Below are positions 37,603 to 47,332 of a stretch of DNA of 64,000 bases, piece after piece (the stretch's first letter is position 1; every line of letters begins with the position of its first letter). The stretch covers positions 1,088,001 to 1,152,000 of the forward strand of contig OZ241841.1 of assembly GCA_965202665.1 (NCBI GenBank). Direction: 5' to 3'. The translations under genes and the position numbers were made by a program. This DNA is from Candidatus Spongiisociaceae bacterium. GTDB taxonomy: Bacteria > Actinomycetota > Acidimicrobiia > Spongiisociales > Spongiisociaceae. The notes under the pieces are model-generated. The model was not told where the DNA came from. It did not search any database and saw only the letters and a list, made by a program, of their open reading frames with translations.

Positions 37603-38382
37603 CTACCAGGTGGGGGTGGCGGAGACGCCCCCGTCCACCACCAGTTCCGCCCCGGTGATCCACCGGGCCAAATCGGACATCAGAAACAAACAGGCGTCCC
37701 CCACCTCCTCCGGGGAGCCCATCCGGCCCAGCGGACAGGCGGCCCCCCAGCGGGCGACCCCGTCCGGCCAATCCTCTTCCAAGCCGGGACGGCGGATAAG
37801 ACCGGGCGAAACCGCGTTCACCCGAATGCCGTCCGGCCCGTAGGCGATGGCGGCCGAGCGGGCATGCATGATCAGGCCCGCCTTGGACACCCCGTAATGG
37901 CCGTGCATCACCGGCGCGTGATGGCCTTCGATGGAGGCGATATGGACGATGGAGCCGCCGTTGCCGGCCCGTTTCATAGCCGCCGCCGCAACCTGGGTGA
38001 GCCGGTGGACGGCGGTCAGGTTGACTTCCAGCATCTCCGACCATTCGGCGTCGGTCAAGTCGGCGAAATGGGCGATGGGCTGGATGCCGGCGTTGTTGAC
38101 CAGCCCGTCGATCCGACCGAAGGCTTCGACGACGGCGTCCACCACCCGGGCCGGGCCGTCCGCGTCGGTCAGGTCGGCGGCGACCGGAAGCGCCCGTTCC
38201 CGGGCTTCGGCCGACAGGCCGTCCAGCAACCCGTCCAAAGGAGAGGCGCGGGTGTGGGCCGCCACCGCCGCCCCGGCGGCCGCCATCCGGGAGGCGATCC
38301 CCCGGCCGATCCCGCCTCCGGCCCCGGTAACCAGCACCACCCGGCCCGACAAATCCAACAGTTGTCCGGGGGGCGCCGTCAT
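37603..38382 (-). CDS. SDR family oxidoreductase
   Basis: ATG 38382 overlaps the cupin stop. 'VTGAGGGIG', 'VNNAG', 'YGVSK', 'NAVSPG'. Confidence 0.92.
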   Translation of the reverse strand: MTAPPGQLLDLSGRVVLVTGAGGGIGRGIASRMAAAGAAVAAHTRASPLDGLLDGLSAEARERALPVAADLTDADGPARVVDAVVEAFGRIDGLVNNAGIQPIAHFADLTDAEWSEMLEVNLTAVHRLTQVAAAAMKRAGNGGSIVHIASIEGHHAPVMHGHYGVSKAGLIMHARSAAIAYGPDGIRVNAVSPGLIRRPGLEEDWPDGVARWGAACPLGRMGSPEEVGDACLFLMSDLARWITGAELVVDGGVSATPTW

Positions 38383-38834
38383 AAATTCTCCTCCCTGGTC
38401 AGGCGGCGGATATGTCCGGCCGCCGACGGGTAGCGTTCCGCCAAGTCGGAGGCCCGCCCCATCTCCATCTCCTCCGCCCGGAAAGGGGGGGCCATGGTGG
38501 TTCCCACCAGCGACCAGTCGCCGGTGGTGGCGGCCGCCATCCACACCCGGCCCGGAACCGCCACGAAAGGCCTCTCCCCCGCCTCCAAGTCGCTTCCCAA
38601 CCGGGGGAGCTCCGCCGAACCATCCTCGCGCAACAGCAACATCTCCGCCGCCGCCCCCGCGTAGAAGTGCCACATTTCCGGTCCCTCCACCCGATGCACG
38701 GCCGAGAAATCGCCCGGACGGAGCAGGAAATATATGGCCGAAGAATATTGGTCCCGCCAAGTCTGCGCCCACATCCCGCCTTCCACCGGCAACGGCTCCA
38801 AGCCCAGAATCTCAATCACCCGGTCGGCGTTCAT
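38379..38834 (-). CDS. Cupin_5 / DUF985 family protein
   Basis: 'LGLEPLPVEGG', 'SAIYFLL', 'FSAVHRV...EMWHFYAG', 'MAPPF'. Confidence 0.88.
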   Translation of the reverse strand: MNADRVIEILGLEPLPVEGGMWAQTWRDQYSSAIYFLLRPGDFSAVHRVEGPEMWHFYAGAAAEMLLLREDGSAELPRLGSDLEAGERPFVAVPGRVWMAAATTGDWSLVGTTMAPPFRAEEMEMGRASDLAERYPSAAGHIRRLTREENL

Positions 38835-40138
38835 ACGGCCAGCCTACGCGCCCGCTCATCCAACTCGGCCAACATCGCAACGCGGTCCGCCCCTTCCGCT
38901 TCCCAGCCGGACGCCGCCCGGCGGCCCCCCACCCACACTTCTGTCACCGCGGCCGGCGAACCCGACCAGACGATGCGGGAAATCGGGTCGTCTTCGACGG
39001 GAACCACCGGACGCAAAGGCGGATAGTCGGCCGTCAAAGCGATCATGTCAGCCCAGGCCCCGGGGGACAGTCGTCCCAGGTCCGGGCGGCCGATGGCGTC
39101 GGCCGCTCCGGCGGTGACCATCCGCAAAGCCCGGGCGGGGGGGAACAGCTGGGCGTCGCCGCCCCGGACGCGGGCCAAGCGGATGGCGGTGCGCATCTCC
39201 TCGAACAGGTCCAAACGATGATGGGAGGCGGGGCCGTCGGTGGCGATGCCCATGCGGAGGCCGGCCGCCAGCATATCCCCCACCCGGGCCGTCCCGGAGC
39301 CGTGCTTGGCGTTGGAACAGGGACAATGGGCCACCGCCGTATCGGTGCGGGCGAAGGTCTCAATATCCCGGTCGGACATCCAAACCGCATGGGCGGCCAG
39401 CGTACGCCCCCGCAGCAAACCCACTTCTTCCAGGTAGGCGACCGGCCCCCGCCCGGTTTTGCGGCGCACCGCCTCCTCCTCCCACTGTTCTTCGTTGACA
39501 TGGATGTGCACCAGCATTCCCGTCTCGGCGGCCGTTTCCGCGATGCGGCGCAGGCACTCTTCGGAAACCGAATAAGCGGCGTGCGGCCCCACCCCCACTT
39601 CGATCAGCGGATCGGCGGACCAACGTTCCCGGGCGGCGGCCATCTCCTCCAACTGCGACTCCCAGGAACCCATATGCGCCAAAGCTTCGTCTTCTATCAG
39701 AGGGGCGGTAACCACGCACCGCAATCCGGCCTCCGCCGCCCCCCGGGCCACCTCCTCCCCCTGAAAATACATCTCCACCGAAGTGGTTATCCCGCCCGCC
39801 AGCATCTCCGCCGCCCCGGCCCTCATGCCCATCCGCACATCCCCGGGAGTGAGCCGGGCCTCCCGCGGCCACATAACCTCCCGCAGCCACCGCTCCACCG
39901 GCAACCCCTCCCCCGCCCCTCGCAGCAGAACCATCGGGGTGTGGCAGTGAATGTTGAGCATGCCCGGCATCAGAATGCCGCTTATGCGGGTCACCGGAAT
40001 CTGCGGACGGGCCGGGGCCTGCGCCGCCGCCCCCGCCCAAACCACCCGCCCCTCCTCCACATCCACCACCCCGTCCGGTATGGGGCCGGGATGCTCATCC
40101 GACATCGTAATCAGCAAGTCGGCGGCGTAACGCTCCAA
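38831..40138 (-). CDS. Amidohydrolase, MTA/SAH deaminase (MtaD)-like
   Basis: 'PG..NIHCH', 'LLRG', 'GPHAAY', 'HIHVNE', 'AAHAVW', 'HCPCSN.K', 'ATDG.AS'. TTG start with AAGGAG upstream. Confidence 0.85.
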   Translation of the reverse strand: MERYAADLLITMSDEHPGPIPDGVVDVEEGRVVWAGAAAQAPARPQIPVTRISGILMPGMLNIHCHTPMVLLRGAGEGLPVERWLREVMWPREARLTPGDVRMGMRAGAAEMLAGGITTSVEMYFQGEEVARGAAEAGLRCVVTAPLIEDEALAHMGSWESQLEEMAAARERWSADPLIEVGVGPHAAYSVSEECLRRIAETAAETGMLVHIHVNEEQWEEEAVRRKTGRGPVAYLEEVGLLRGRTLAAHAVWMSDRDIETFARTDTAVAHCPCSNAKHGSGTARVGDMLAAGLRMGIATDGPASHHRLDLFEEMRTAIRLARVRGGDAQLFPPARALRMVTAGAADAIGRPDLGRLSPGAWADMIALTADYPPLRPVVPVEDDPISRIVWSGSPAAVTEVWVGGRRAASGWEAEGADRVAMLAELDERARRLAV

Positions 40139-40179
40139 TTTGACTCCTTGGGGCTCCTAACGGGCGGGGCGGACGACGC

Positions 40180-40734
40180 TCACCCCCATTTGAGCTCCGG
40201 GAAGTTTTCGTACCTCTCCAAGCATAACCGCTTCAGGAAATCCACTAGCTGGGATTCCATTTCCCCCGGCGGGAAATCCTTCGTTCTAAACGCCTCGGGC
40301 GCCTGTTGCTCATCATCCCGCCCGTTGCGCATGACGGTGGCCGACAGGGCGATGTTGGAAGTATCCAAAATGGAGGTTTTGCGCACCGCGTACCGAAACC
40401 CGAACTTTTTGTAGGTGTAGGAGCCTTCCTCGTTCAGCTTCTCGGCGTAGGAGGAGATTCCCAACAAGACCACGCCGTTGTCGGGTCTCTCAGAGCAATC
40501 CATATTTTTCACCGCGTAAGCGATGAACCGCTCCAATGCCTCCTCAGCCGGGAGGAAAAGGACCTTGTACCTGGTTCCCCTGTCCCTCGCCCGGAAAACC
40601 TTTTCGCCTTGATCCGTTTCATAAGGTCCCTTCAAGGCGAAACGGGACTCCATCCCGTTATTCGCCTCCCGGTAAGGCCCCAGGGCGAAGGTCCATATAC
40701 GGGACGGCTCGGAGGGGAAAGTCAGGTCTCTCAT
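40180..40734 (-). CDS. Hypothetical protein (184 aa)
   Basis: ATG 40734 in ATGA overlap with the upstream small ORF. GGAGGG RBS. Lower GC than the flanks. Confidence 0.65.
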   Translation of the reverse strand: MRDLTFPSEPSRIWTFALGPYREANNGMESRFALKGPYETDQGEKVFRARDRGTRYKVLFLPAEEALERFIAYAVKNMDCSERPDNGVVLLGISSYAEKLNEEGSYTYKKFGFRYAVRKTSILDTSNIALSATVMRNGRDDEQQAPEAFRTKDFPPGEMESQLVDFLKRLCLERYENFPELKWG

Positions 40735-41009
40735 TCGTCGCCCTCCGCCCTTATCTCCCAATCCTCCAGCGGTCGGATGTCTTCCATCTCTTCATAGGGA
40801 ACCAAGTCTCCTGGCTCCCCTGTCATAGAATACTCTTTCTCAGACCTGTAGCCGCTGGGAAGCGCATTGGATTTCTTTATCAACCTAGCCTCCGTCCATT
40901 CCCTATAAAACCGGGCGAACCTGTTCGCACATGCCGTGAGGGTCAGCAAACTCACCAGTACCCACGCGTACCAGGATGCTAGGAACGAGGAGAGATCCAC
41001 CTCGATCAT
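40731..41009 (-). CDS. Small hypothetical membrane protein (92 aa)
   Basis: N-terminal hydrophobic segment FLASWYAWVLVSLLTLTA and an acidic tail. Coupled to the next ORF. Confidence 0.6.
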   Translation of the reverse strand: MIEVDLSSFLASWYAWVLVSLLTLTACANRFARFYREWTEARLIKKSNALPSGYRSEKEYSMTGEPGDLVPYEEMEDIRPLEDWEIRAEGDE

Positions 41010-41132
41010 GAACTGGCCAATTCAGTTTTGCGTTTCATTCGCCTCTCCTAATACGATGGGAATCCGTTAGGATTTTCAGCTATCTTAGAACAGGCCGGCG
41101 GTTAGCGGGCCGCCGGGCGGCGCGGAGGGAGA

Positions 41133-42719
41133 ATGGGGAAAATGGAACCGGTGCTGATCAACGGGCGATGGCGCCCTTCGGACGCGGTCTCGTCGTTTCG
41201 GGCCGTCAACCCCAACCGGGGCCTGCCCTGCCCCGAAGAGTTTCCGGTTTCCTCGCTGGACGAAGCGGGCGCGGCGTTGGAGGCCGGGACGGCGGCCGCC
41301 CAAACCTTGCGGGAGGGCGGCCCGGAGATGGCGGCCGCTTTTCTGGAAGCGTACGCCGACCGGTTGGACGCCGACCGGGAAAACCTGGCAACGGCCGCCC
41401 ATGACGAAACCGGCCTGCCGGTGGAGCCTCGCCTAATCGGGGAACTGGCCCGCGCCACCGACCAGCTCCGACAAGCGGCCGCCGCCGCCCGGGACCGCAC
41501 CTGGACCACCGCCACCATCGACGCGTCCGCCAACATCCGATCAATGTACGGGCCGCTCGGCAAACCGGTGATCGTGTTCGGCCCCAACAACTTTCCGATG
41601 GCTTTCAACGGAATTTCCGGGGGGGACTTTGCGGCGGCGATAGCGGCGGGCAACCCGGTGATCGCCAAAGCCAACACCGGCCACCCCCGCACCACCCAAC
41701 TTATGGGGGAGCACGCTTTGGCGGCTGCCCAACAGGCCGGCGCCCCCCCGGCTTTGGCGCAGCTCATCTACCGCACCCGCCATGAGGACGGGGAGGCGAT
41801 GGTCTCCGACCGGCGGGTGGGAGCGGTCGGGTTCACGGGAAGCAAACGGGGCGGGTTGGCCCTGAAAGAAGCGGCCGACCGGGCTGGAACACCCATCTAC
41901 CTGGAGTTGGGGAGCGTCAACCCGGTGTTCCTGCTGGACGGGGCGTTGCGCGACCGGGGGGAGGAAATCGCCCGGGAGTTTTACGAATCCTGCACGCTGG
42001 GGGCGGGGCAGTTCTGCACCAATCCGGGACTGGTGTTCGCGCCCACCACCCCGGCGGGCGACCGGTTCGCGGAACGGGCGGCGGAACTCTTCCAAGCGGG
42101 GAAGGCGGAAACCCTGCTCGGCGAACCCGGCCATCTGGCGGCGGGAACCTCCGCCCTGCGGGAAATGGGGGCGGAGGAGCTGACCGGGGGCGGGGCGGTG
42201 GCGGGCGACCGGTTCGCCTATCGAAACACCCTGCTCTCCATATCCGGGGAAAAGTTCGCGGCCAACCCCGGCGGTTTCCAGACCGAAGTGTTCGGCCCGG
42301 TTTCCCTGCTGGTGCGGACGGCGGACGCGGCGGAGATGGCGCAGGCGGCGGAAAGCCTGGAAGGGGCCCTGACCGGATCCATTTACTCGGACCGCTCCGG
42401 GTCGGAGGAAGACGACTACCGGGCGGTGGCGGAGGCGGTGCGGGGCAAAGTGGGAAGGTTGCTGAACGACAAGATGCCGACCGGGGTGGCGGTGGTGTCC
42501 GCCATGAACCACGGGGGGCCCTATCCGGCCACCGGCCATCCCGGTTTCACCGCGGTGGGCGTCCCCGCCGCCATCCACCGGTTCGCCGCCCTGCACTGCT
42601 ACGACAACGTTCCCGAACCGCGCCTGCCGGCGGAACTGCGAAACCGCAACCCGAACGGACGGATGTTCCGGCTGATCGACGGACGGTGGACGCAGGACGA
42701 TGCGCCGGGGGCGGCGTAA
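41133..42719 (+). CDS. Aldehyde dehydrogenase, alpha-ketoglutaric semialdehyde dehydrogenase (NADP+)-like
   Basis: 'FGPNNFP.AF', 'GGDFAAA', 'GFTGS..GG', 'ELGSVNP', 'GAGQFCTNPG', 'EVFGP', 'HGGPYPAT'. Confidence 0.9.
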   Translation: MGKMEPVLINGRWRPSDAVSSFRAVNPNRGLPCPEEFPVSSLDEAGAALEAGTAAAQTLREGGPEMAAAFLEAYADRLDADRENLATAAHDETGLPVEPRLIGELARATDQLRQAAAAARDRTWTTATIDASANIRSMYGPLGKPVIVFGPNNFPMAFNGISGGDFAAAIAAGNPVIAKANTGHPRTTQLMGEHALAAAQQAGAPPALAQLIYRTRHEDGEAMVSDRRVGAVGFTGSKRGGLALKEAADRAGTPIYLELGSVNPVFLLDGALRDRGEEIAREFYESCTLGAGQFCTNPGLVFAPTTPAGDRFAERAAELFQAGKAETLLGEPGHLAAGTSALREMGAEELTGGGAVAGDRFAYRNTLLSISGEKFAANPGGFQTEVFGPVSLLVRTADAAEMAQAAESLEGALTGSIYSDRSGSEEDDYRAVAEAVRGKVGRLLNDKMPTGVAVVSAMNHGGPYPATGHPGFTAVGVPAAIHRFAALHCYDNVPEPRLPAELRNRNPNGRMFRLIDGRWTQDDAPGAA

Positions 42720-42733
42720 CGGGCGGACAGTTG

Positions 42734-43792
42734 ATGGAAGCGGCCGACGGCGGGGGTTTGGGGGGGAGGTCGTTGGACTGGGCGGAGGGGGCGGTGGTGA
42801 TGGTTGACCAAACCCGGCTCCCCGACTCCTACATCCTGTTGCGGGTGGACAACGCCCCGGATATGGCGGCCGCCATCCGCCGGCTGTCGGTGCGGGGAGC
42901 GCCCGCCATCGGGGTGGCCGGGGCCTTCGGGGTGGCTTTGGCGGTGCGGGAACACGGCGGGCGGGGGCCGAGGCTGCTGGAGGCGGTGAAAATGTTGCGG
43001 GAGGCCCGGCCCACCGCCGTCAACCTGGCGCGAATGGTGGACCGGGCGGCGGCCCTGGCGGAAGAAGGCTTCGACCGGGTGTTGCGAGAGGCGTTTCGCA
43101 TCCGGGACGAAGAAGTGGCCGCCTCTGTCTCCATGGGGGAATACGGGGCGGATCTGATAACGGAACTGACGGAGGAGGCGCCGGTGCGCGCCATGACCAT
43201 CTGCAACACCGGCGGGCTGGCCGCGGTGGAAAGGGGCACCGCCCTGGCCGTCATCCAAACCCTGTTCGAACGGGGGTTGCTGGAAGAAGCCCTGGCGGTG
43301 GAAACCCGCCCGCTCCTGCAGGGCGCGCGCCTCACCACCTGGGAACTGGCCCGGATGGGGGCGCCCCATCGTTTGCTGGTGGACTCGGCCGGGCCGTTCC
43401 TGCTGGCCGCGGGCGGGGCGGACGCGGTGTTGGCCGGAGCGGACCGGATCGCGGCCAACGGCGACGCGGCCAACAAAATCGGCACCTTGGCCCTGGCCTT
43501 GGGGGCGCAACATGCGGGGGTTCCGATGGTGGTGATCGCCCCCGAATCCACCATCGACACGGCCACCCCCGCCGGGGCCGACATTCCCATCGAAGACCGG
43601 GGGGCGGCGGAAGTGGTGGAGTTGCGGGGAACGGCCATCGCCCCCGGAGGCACCCCCGTCCTCAACCCCGCGTTCGACGTAACCCCCGCCTCTTTGCTCA
43701 CCGCCATCGTCACCGACCGCCGCGTGATCCGCCTGGACCGGGGGGAAACCCTCGCCGACACCCCCCTCGGCCCCCTCCGCTCCGCCTTTTAG
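42734..43792 (+). CDS. mtnA: S-methyl-5-thioribose-1-phosphate isomerase
   Basis: 'DQTRLP', 'VRGAPAIG', 'RPTAVNL', 'TICNTGGLA', 'ETRPLLQGARLT.WEL', 'GADRIAANGD.ANKIGT', 'NPAFDVTP'. Confidence 0.93.
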   Translation: MEAADGGGLGGRSLDWAEGAVVMVDQTRLPDSYILLRVDNAPDMAAAIRRLSVRGAPAIGVAGAFGVALAVREHGGRGPRLLEAVKMLREARPTAVNLARMVDRAAALAEEGFDRVLREAFRIRDEEVAASVSMGEYGADLITELTEEAPVRAMTICNTGGLAAVERGTALAVIQTLFERGLLEEALAVETRPLLQGARLTTWELARMGAPHRLLVDSAGPFLLAAGGADAVLAGADRIAANGDAANKIGTLALALGAQHAGVPMVVIAPESTIDTATPAGADIPIEDRGAAEVVELRGTAIAPGGTPVLNPAFDVTPASLLTAIVTDRRVIRLDRGETLADTPLGPLRSAF

Positions 43793-43988
43793 CCGCGACC
43801 GTCCCCCGCCCGGCGCCGCGCCCGAACCGGCGTTTTTGAACGCCCCCCAAATTCAAAAACCCGTGTTTACCTGGGAAAACATACCCCTTGTTTTTTAGCT
43901 TTTAATTTGGTTTATTAATAGGTAGGGGTCCGGCGCAACGCCGGGGGCGCCCAGCTCCCGCCGCCGGGCCGCACATTACGAGAAAGGA

Positions 43989-43997
43989 TGGTATAAT
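43989..43997 (+). promoter_or_regulatory. Extended -10 promoter (TGnTATAAT)
   Basis: TGGTATAAT lies 7 nt before the in-frame ATG at 44005, which is the leaderless geometry. The upstream tract is AT-rich. Confidence 0.6.
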
Positions 43998-44613
43998 GAC
44001 CCCTATGGACGTATTGAACCTTCTGGTCATAGCCCTAGGCGGCTCGATGATGACCGTCCTGGTCACCAAAGGCTGGAACATGGCCGTCAGGTTCAACGAC
44101 CTGGAGACCCAGGTCGACGCCTTGACGAAGGCCATGGAGGACTTCGGGGCCAGGTTGCGGACCCTGGAGGCGAACATGGCCGCCCTGCAGAACTCCTTCG
44201 ACCTTCTGGAAACCCGGATCATAAACATCAATGATCGCGTCATCATCATCGAAACCCGGCTAACCGGCATAGACGAACGGCTGAACAACATGGACGAACG
44301 TCTAACCAGCATGGGCAAACATCTGAACAACCGGATGGCCGGACTGGAAGACCGGATGACCGTACTGGACAACCGGATGGCCAAGATGGAAGACCGGATG
44401 ACCGTACTGGACAACCGGATGGCCAAGATGGAAGACCGGATGACCGTACTGGACAACCGGATGATCAAGATGGAAGACCGGATGATCAATGTGGAAGACC
44501 GGATGATCAATGTGGAAGCCAAGGTGACCAGTTTGGACAACCGGATGGGCGGTATCGAAAAAGACCTGGCCCTTATCAAAGACCACTTCGGAATCGGCAA
44601 CGGCGACGCTTGA
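43996..44613 (+). CDS. Membrane-anchored heptad-repeat coiled-coil protein
   Basis: N-terminal hydrophobic helix, then heptads LDNRMAK / MEDRMTV / VEDRMIN. Start is 43996 or 44005. Confidence 0.8.
   Translation: MTPMDVLNLLVIALGGSMMTVLVTKGWNMAVRFNDLETQVDALTKAMEDFGARLRTLEANMAALQNSFDLLETRIININDRVIIIETRLTGIDERLNNMDERLTSMGKHLNNRMAGLEDRMTVLDNRMAKMEDRMTVLDNRMAKMEDRMTVLDNRMIKMEDRMINVEDRMINVEAKVTSLDNRMGGIEKDLALIKDHFGIGNGDA
44323..44547. repeat. 21/42-bp tandem repeat inside the coiled-coil gene
   Basis: GAAGACCGGATGACCGTACTGGACAACCGGATGGCCAAGATG occurs twice exactly plus a near copy. ACCGGATG recurs every 21 bp. Confidence 0.9.
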
Positions 44614-44637
44614 GAAAGCGTCCAACCCTATCCGCCG

Positions 44638-44681
44638 CATCCCGCCCGGTTGCCGTCCCCACTTCGGCATCCGGGCGGATG
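44638..44681. terminator. Long GC hairpin between the coiled-coil gene and the ABC operon
   Basis: CATCCCGCCCGG-T-TGCCG ... CGGCA-T-CCGGGCGGATG. No U tract. Confidence 0.4.
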
Positions 44682-44725
44682 GGGTGGTAGATTGACGGGA
44701 ACAAGCGGACAGGAGGGAAGGGAAA

Positions 44726-45742
44726 ATGAGGAAACTGTGGAAAGCGGGCGCGGTGTTGCTGTCTCTCACCATGCTGGCCGCGGCCTGCGGGGGCGACGCC
44801 GAAGAAGAGGGCATCAACCTGATTTACGTAACCCCCGGCCCCATCGGAATCAACCCGTTTCTGGGGTTGGGCGAAGTGGGCACGCAACGGGCGGCGGAGC
44901 GACTGGGCGGAACTTGGAAAACTTACGAATCCAACAACGACACCGCCTCGCAACGTTCCAACATCGAAGCGGCCATCGAAGAAGCCCCGGATGTGATAGT
45001 GCTCACCACTTTCACCCTGCTGGAAATGGCCGACGAGTTTTCCAAAGCCAACCCCGACCAGGAGTTCATCCTCATCGACTCATGCCCGGACGATCCGGCC
45101 CCCAACCTGCACTGCGGGGTGTTCCGGGAGCATGAAGGGGCCTACCTGCTGGGGATAATGGCCGGACGTCTCACCGAAAGCGGACAGATCGGCTCGGTGG
45201 TCGCCTTGGACATCCCCTTCTTCCAACGCTGGTGGAGCAGCTTCGAGTTGGGGGCTCGCTCGGTCAATCCGTCGGTCGAAAACTCCCCAGTGTTCATCGG
45301 CGGCGACAACCCCTTCGCCGACCCGCCCCGGGCCAAAGAGTTGGCCCTGTCGCTGGCCGCCCAAGGCCCCGACCACATTTTCGCAGTGGGGGCCGGTTCC
45401 AACGGCGGCGTCTTCGAAGCGGCCCGGGACGCCGGTTTCTTCTCCTACGGGGTGGACATCAACGAATGCCCCAACGGCTTCGGCCGGGTGGTGGACAACA
45501 ACCTGAAACTGGTGGATGTTTTGGTGGACCAGTTGATCGAGAAGGTGATAAACGGCGAAGCGGGCTCCGTGGAGTCGTTCGGCCTGGCCGAAGGCGGAAC
45601 CGGCGTGATGGCCATGCACCCCGACTTGGCGAGCAGCGAATGCCTGATCGCCAACCACCCGGAGATCATCGCCGAAGTGGAGGCGGCCGCGGCGGGCATC
45701 ATCGACGGCTCCATCACCGTACCCGATCCTTTGGCGGGCTGA
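44726..45742 (+). CDS. BMP family ABC transporter substrate-binding lipoprotein (nucleoside-type)
   Basis: Lipobox 'LAAAC', 'FREHEGAYLLG..AG', 'PF.DP.RAKE', 'GVFEAA', 'GVD'. Confidence 0.9.
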   Translation: MRKLWKAGAVLLSLTMLAAACGGDAEEEGINLIYVTPGPIGINPFLGLGEVGTQRAAERLGGTWKTYESNNDTASQRSNIEAAIEEAPDVIVLTTFTLLEMADEFSKANPDQEFILIDSCPDDPAPNLHCGVFREHEGAYLLGIMAGRLTESGQIGSVVALDIPFFQRWWSSFELGARSVNPSVENSPVFIGGDNPFADPPRAKELALSLAAQGPDHIFAVGAGSNGGVFEAARDAGFFSYGVDINECPNGFGRVVDNNLKLVDVLVDQLIEKVINGEAGSVESFGLAEGGTGVMAMHPDLASSECLIANHPEIIAEVEAAAAGIIDGSITVPDPLAG

Positions 45743-45769
45743 GCGCCGCCGGGCGGAACGGGCCGGGAA

Positions 45770-47332
45770 ATGGCCGACCCCGCCGCCGTCCCCGCTTTGG
45801 AGTTGCGCGGCATAACCAAGCGGTTTCCGGGGGTGGTGGCCAACGACCGGGTGAATTTAACGGTGCGGGCCGGGGACATTCACGCCGTGGTCGGCGAAAA
45901 CGGGGCGGGCAAGACCACCCTCATGTCCATTCTCTACGGGCTGTTCCCCCCCGACGAGGGCGAAATCCTGGTCGGGGGGGAACGGGTGCGCTTCGGTTCG
46001 GCTTTGGACGCCATCCGGGCCGGGATGGGAATGGTGCATCAGGCTTTCCGGCTGTTCCCCACTTTGAGCGTGGCCGACAATGTGGTTTTCCGCGAAGAAC
46101 CCACCAGGGGACCCCTGATCGACCGGGCGGCCGCGGTGCAAAAGGTGGCCGAGTTGTCCGAACGTTACGAGCTGGCGGTGGACCCGCGCGCCCTGGTGGA
46201 AACCCAGCCGGTGGGGGTGCTGCAAAGGGTGGAAATTCTGAAAGCCCTGTACCGGGAGGCGCAGGTTCTGATCTTGGACGAGCCGACTGCGGTGCTCACC
46301 CCCCAAGAGCGGGACCGGCTGTTCACGGTCGTCCGGCGCCTGCGGGATGCGGGACGCACCATCCTGTTCATCACCCACAAGCTGGGGGAGGTGATGGCCG
46401 TTTCCGACCGGGTGACCGTGCTTCGCAACGGCCAGTCGGTGGCCGACCTGGTTACCGCCGCCACCTCCCCGGAGGAGATCACCCGCCATATGACGGGGCG
46501 GGACGTGAACCTGAACCGGCGGGTCGCCCCCCATCAGCCGGGCAACCCGGTGTTGGCGGTAACCGGCCTCTCCGTGGCCGGCGAACATGGCAGGCCGGCG
46601 GTGGAAGAGGCGGGTTTTGAGGTGCGGGCGGGGGAAATCGTGGGCGTCGCCGGGGTGGCGGGCAACGGCCAAACGGAACTGATCGAAGCCATCGCCGGAC
46701 TGCGGGAAGCGACCGCGGGGGAGGTGTCGCTGAACGGGGTGGATGTGACCGCCGCCGCCGTCGGGGAACGGCGCCGGGCCGGGTTGGCTTTCGTGCCGGA
46801 AGACCGCCACCGGGTGGGTTCCAGCCATCACGCCTCCCTGTCGGACAACCTGCTGCTGGGCCATCAGCGCCACCCGGAAATCCAACGGCGGGGATGGTTC
46901 AACCTGCGCCGGGTGCGGGAACACGCCGGGCGGCTGATCAAAACCTTCGACATTAAAGCCGGGGCCCTCCGCAACGCGGTGTCCACCCTTTCCGGGGGGA
47001 ACCTGCAGAAGGTGGTGGTGGCGCGGGAAATGTCCCACAACGCCCCCCTGCTGATCGCCGAACAGCCCACCCGCGGCTTGGACATCGCCGCCATCGAATA
47101 CATTCACGGACGGCTGGCGTCGTACCGGAACGAGGGAGGGGCGGTGTTGCTGGTGTCCGCCGAATTGTCGGAAATTTTGGCCCTCAGCACCCGCATCCTG
47201 GTGATGTTCGACGGGCGGGTGGCCGCCGAGTTGGATCCGGCTTCCGCCACCGAACAGGAAATCGGCCTGTACATGACCGGGGCCTTTTTGGAACGGCCTT
47301 CCCCCGGCTCCGGGGAGGACGGCGATGGATAA
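45770..47332 (+). CDS. ABC transporter ATP-binding protein with two NBDs (nucleoside/CUT2 type)
   Basis: 'VVANDRV', 'GENGAGKTT', 'QRVEILKAL', 'ILDEPT', 'GVAGNGQ', 'LSGGNLQK', 'QPTRGLD'. Confidence 0.95.
   Translation: MADPAAVPALELRGITKRFPGVVANDRVNLTVRAGDIHAVVGENGAGKTTLMSILYGLFPPDEGEILVGGERVRFGSALDAIRAGMGMVHQAFRLFPTLSVADNVVFREEPTRGPLIDRAAAVQKVAELSERYELAVDPRALVETQPVGVLQRVEILKALYREAQVLILDEPTAVLTPQERDRLFTVVRRLRDAGRTILFITHKLGEVMAVSDRVTVLRNGQSVADLVTAATSPEEITRHMTGRDVNLNRRVAPHQPGNPVLAVTGLSVAGEHGRPAVEEAGFEVRAGEIVGVAGVAGNGQTELIEAIAGLREATAGEVSLNGVDVTAAAVGERRRAGLAFVPEDRHRVGSSHHASLSDNLLLGHQRHPEIQRRGWFNLRRVREHAGRLIKTFDIKAGALRNAVSTLSGGNLQKVVVAREMSHNAPLLIAEQPTRGLDIAAIEYIHGRLASYRNEGGAVLLVSAELSEILALSTRILVMFDGRVAAELDPASATEQEIGLYMTGAFLERPSPGSGEDGDG

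Noticed and set aside
34732-38433. 1233-aa plus-strand ORF (also 37931-40414)
   Set aside because: Antisense shadow of the aldolase/SDR/deaminase operon. It is R/G/P-rich with no motifs, as expected in high-GC DNA.
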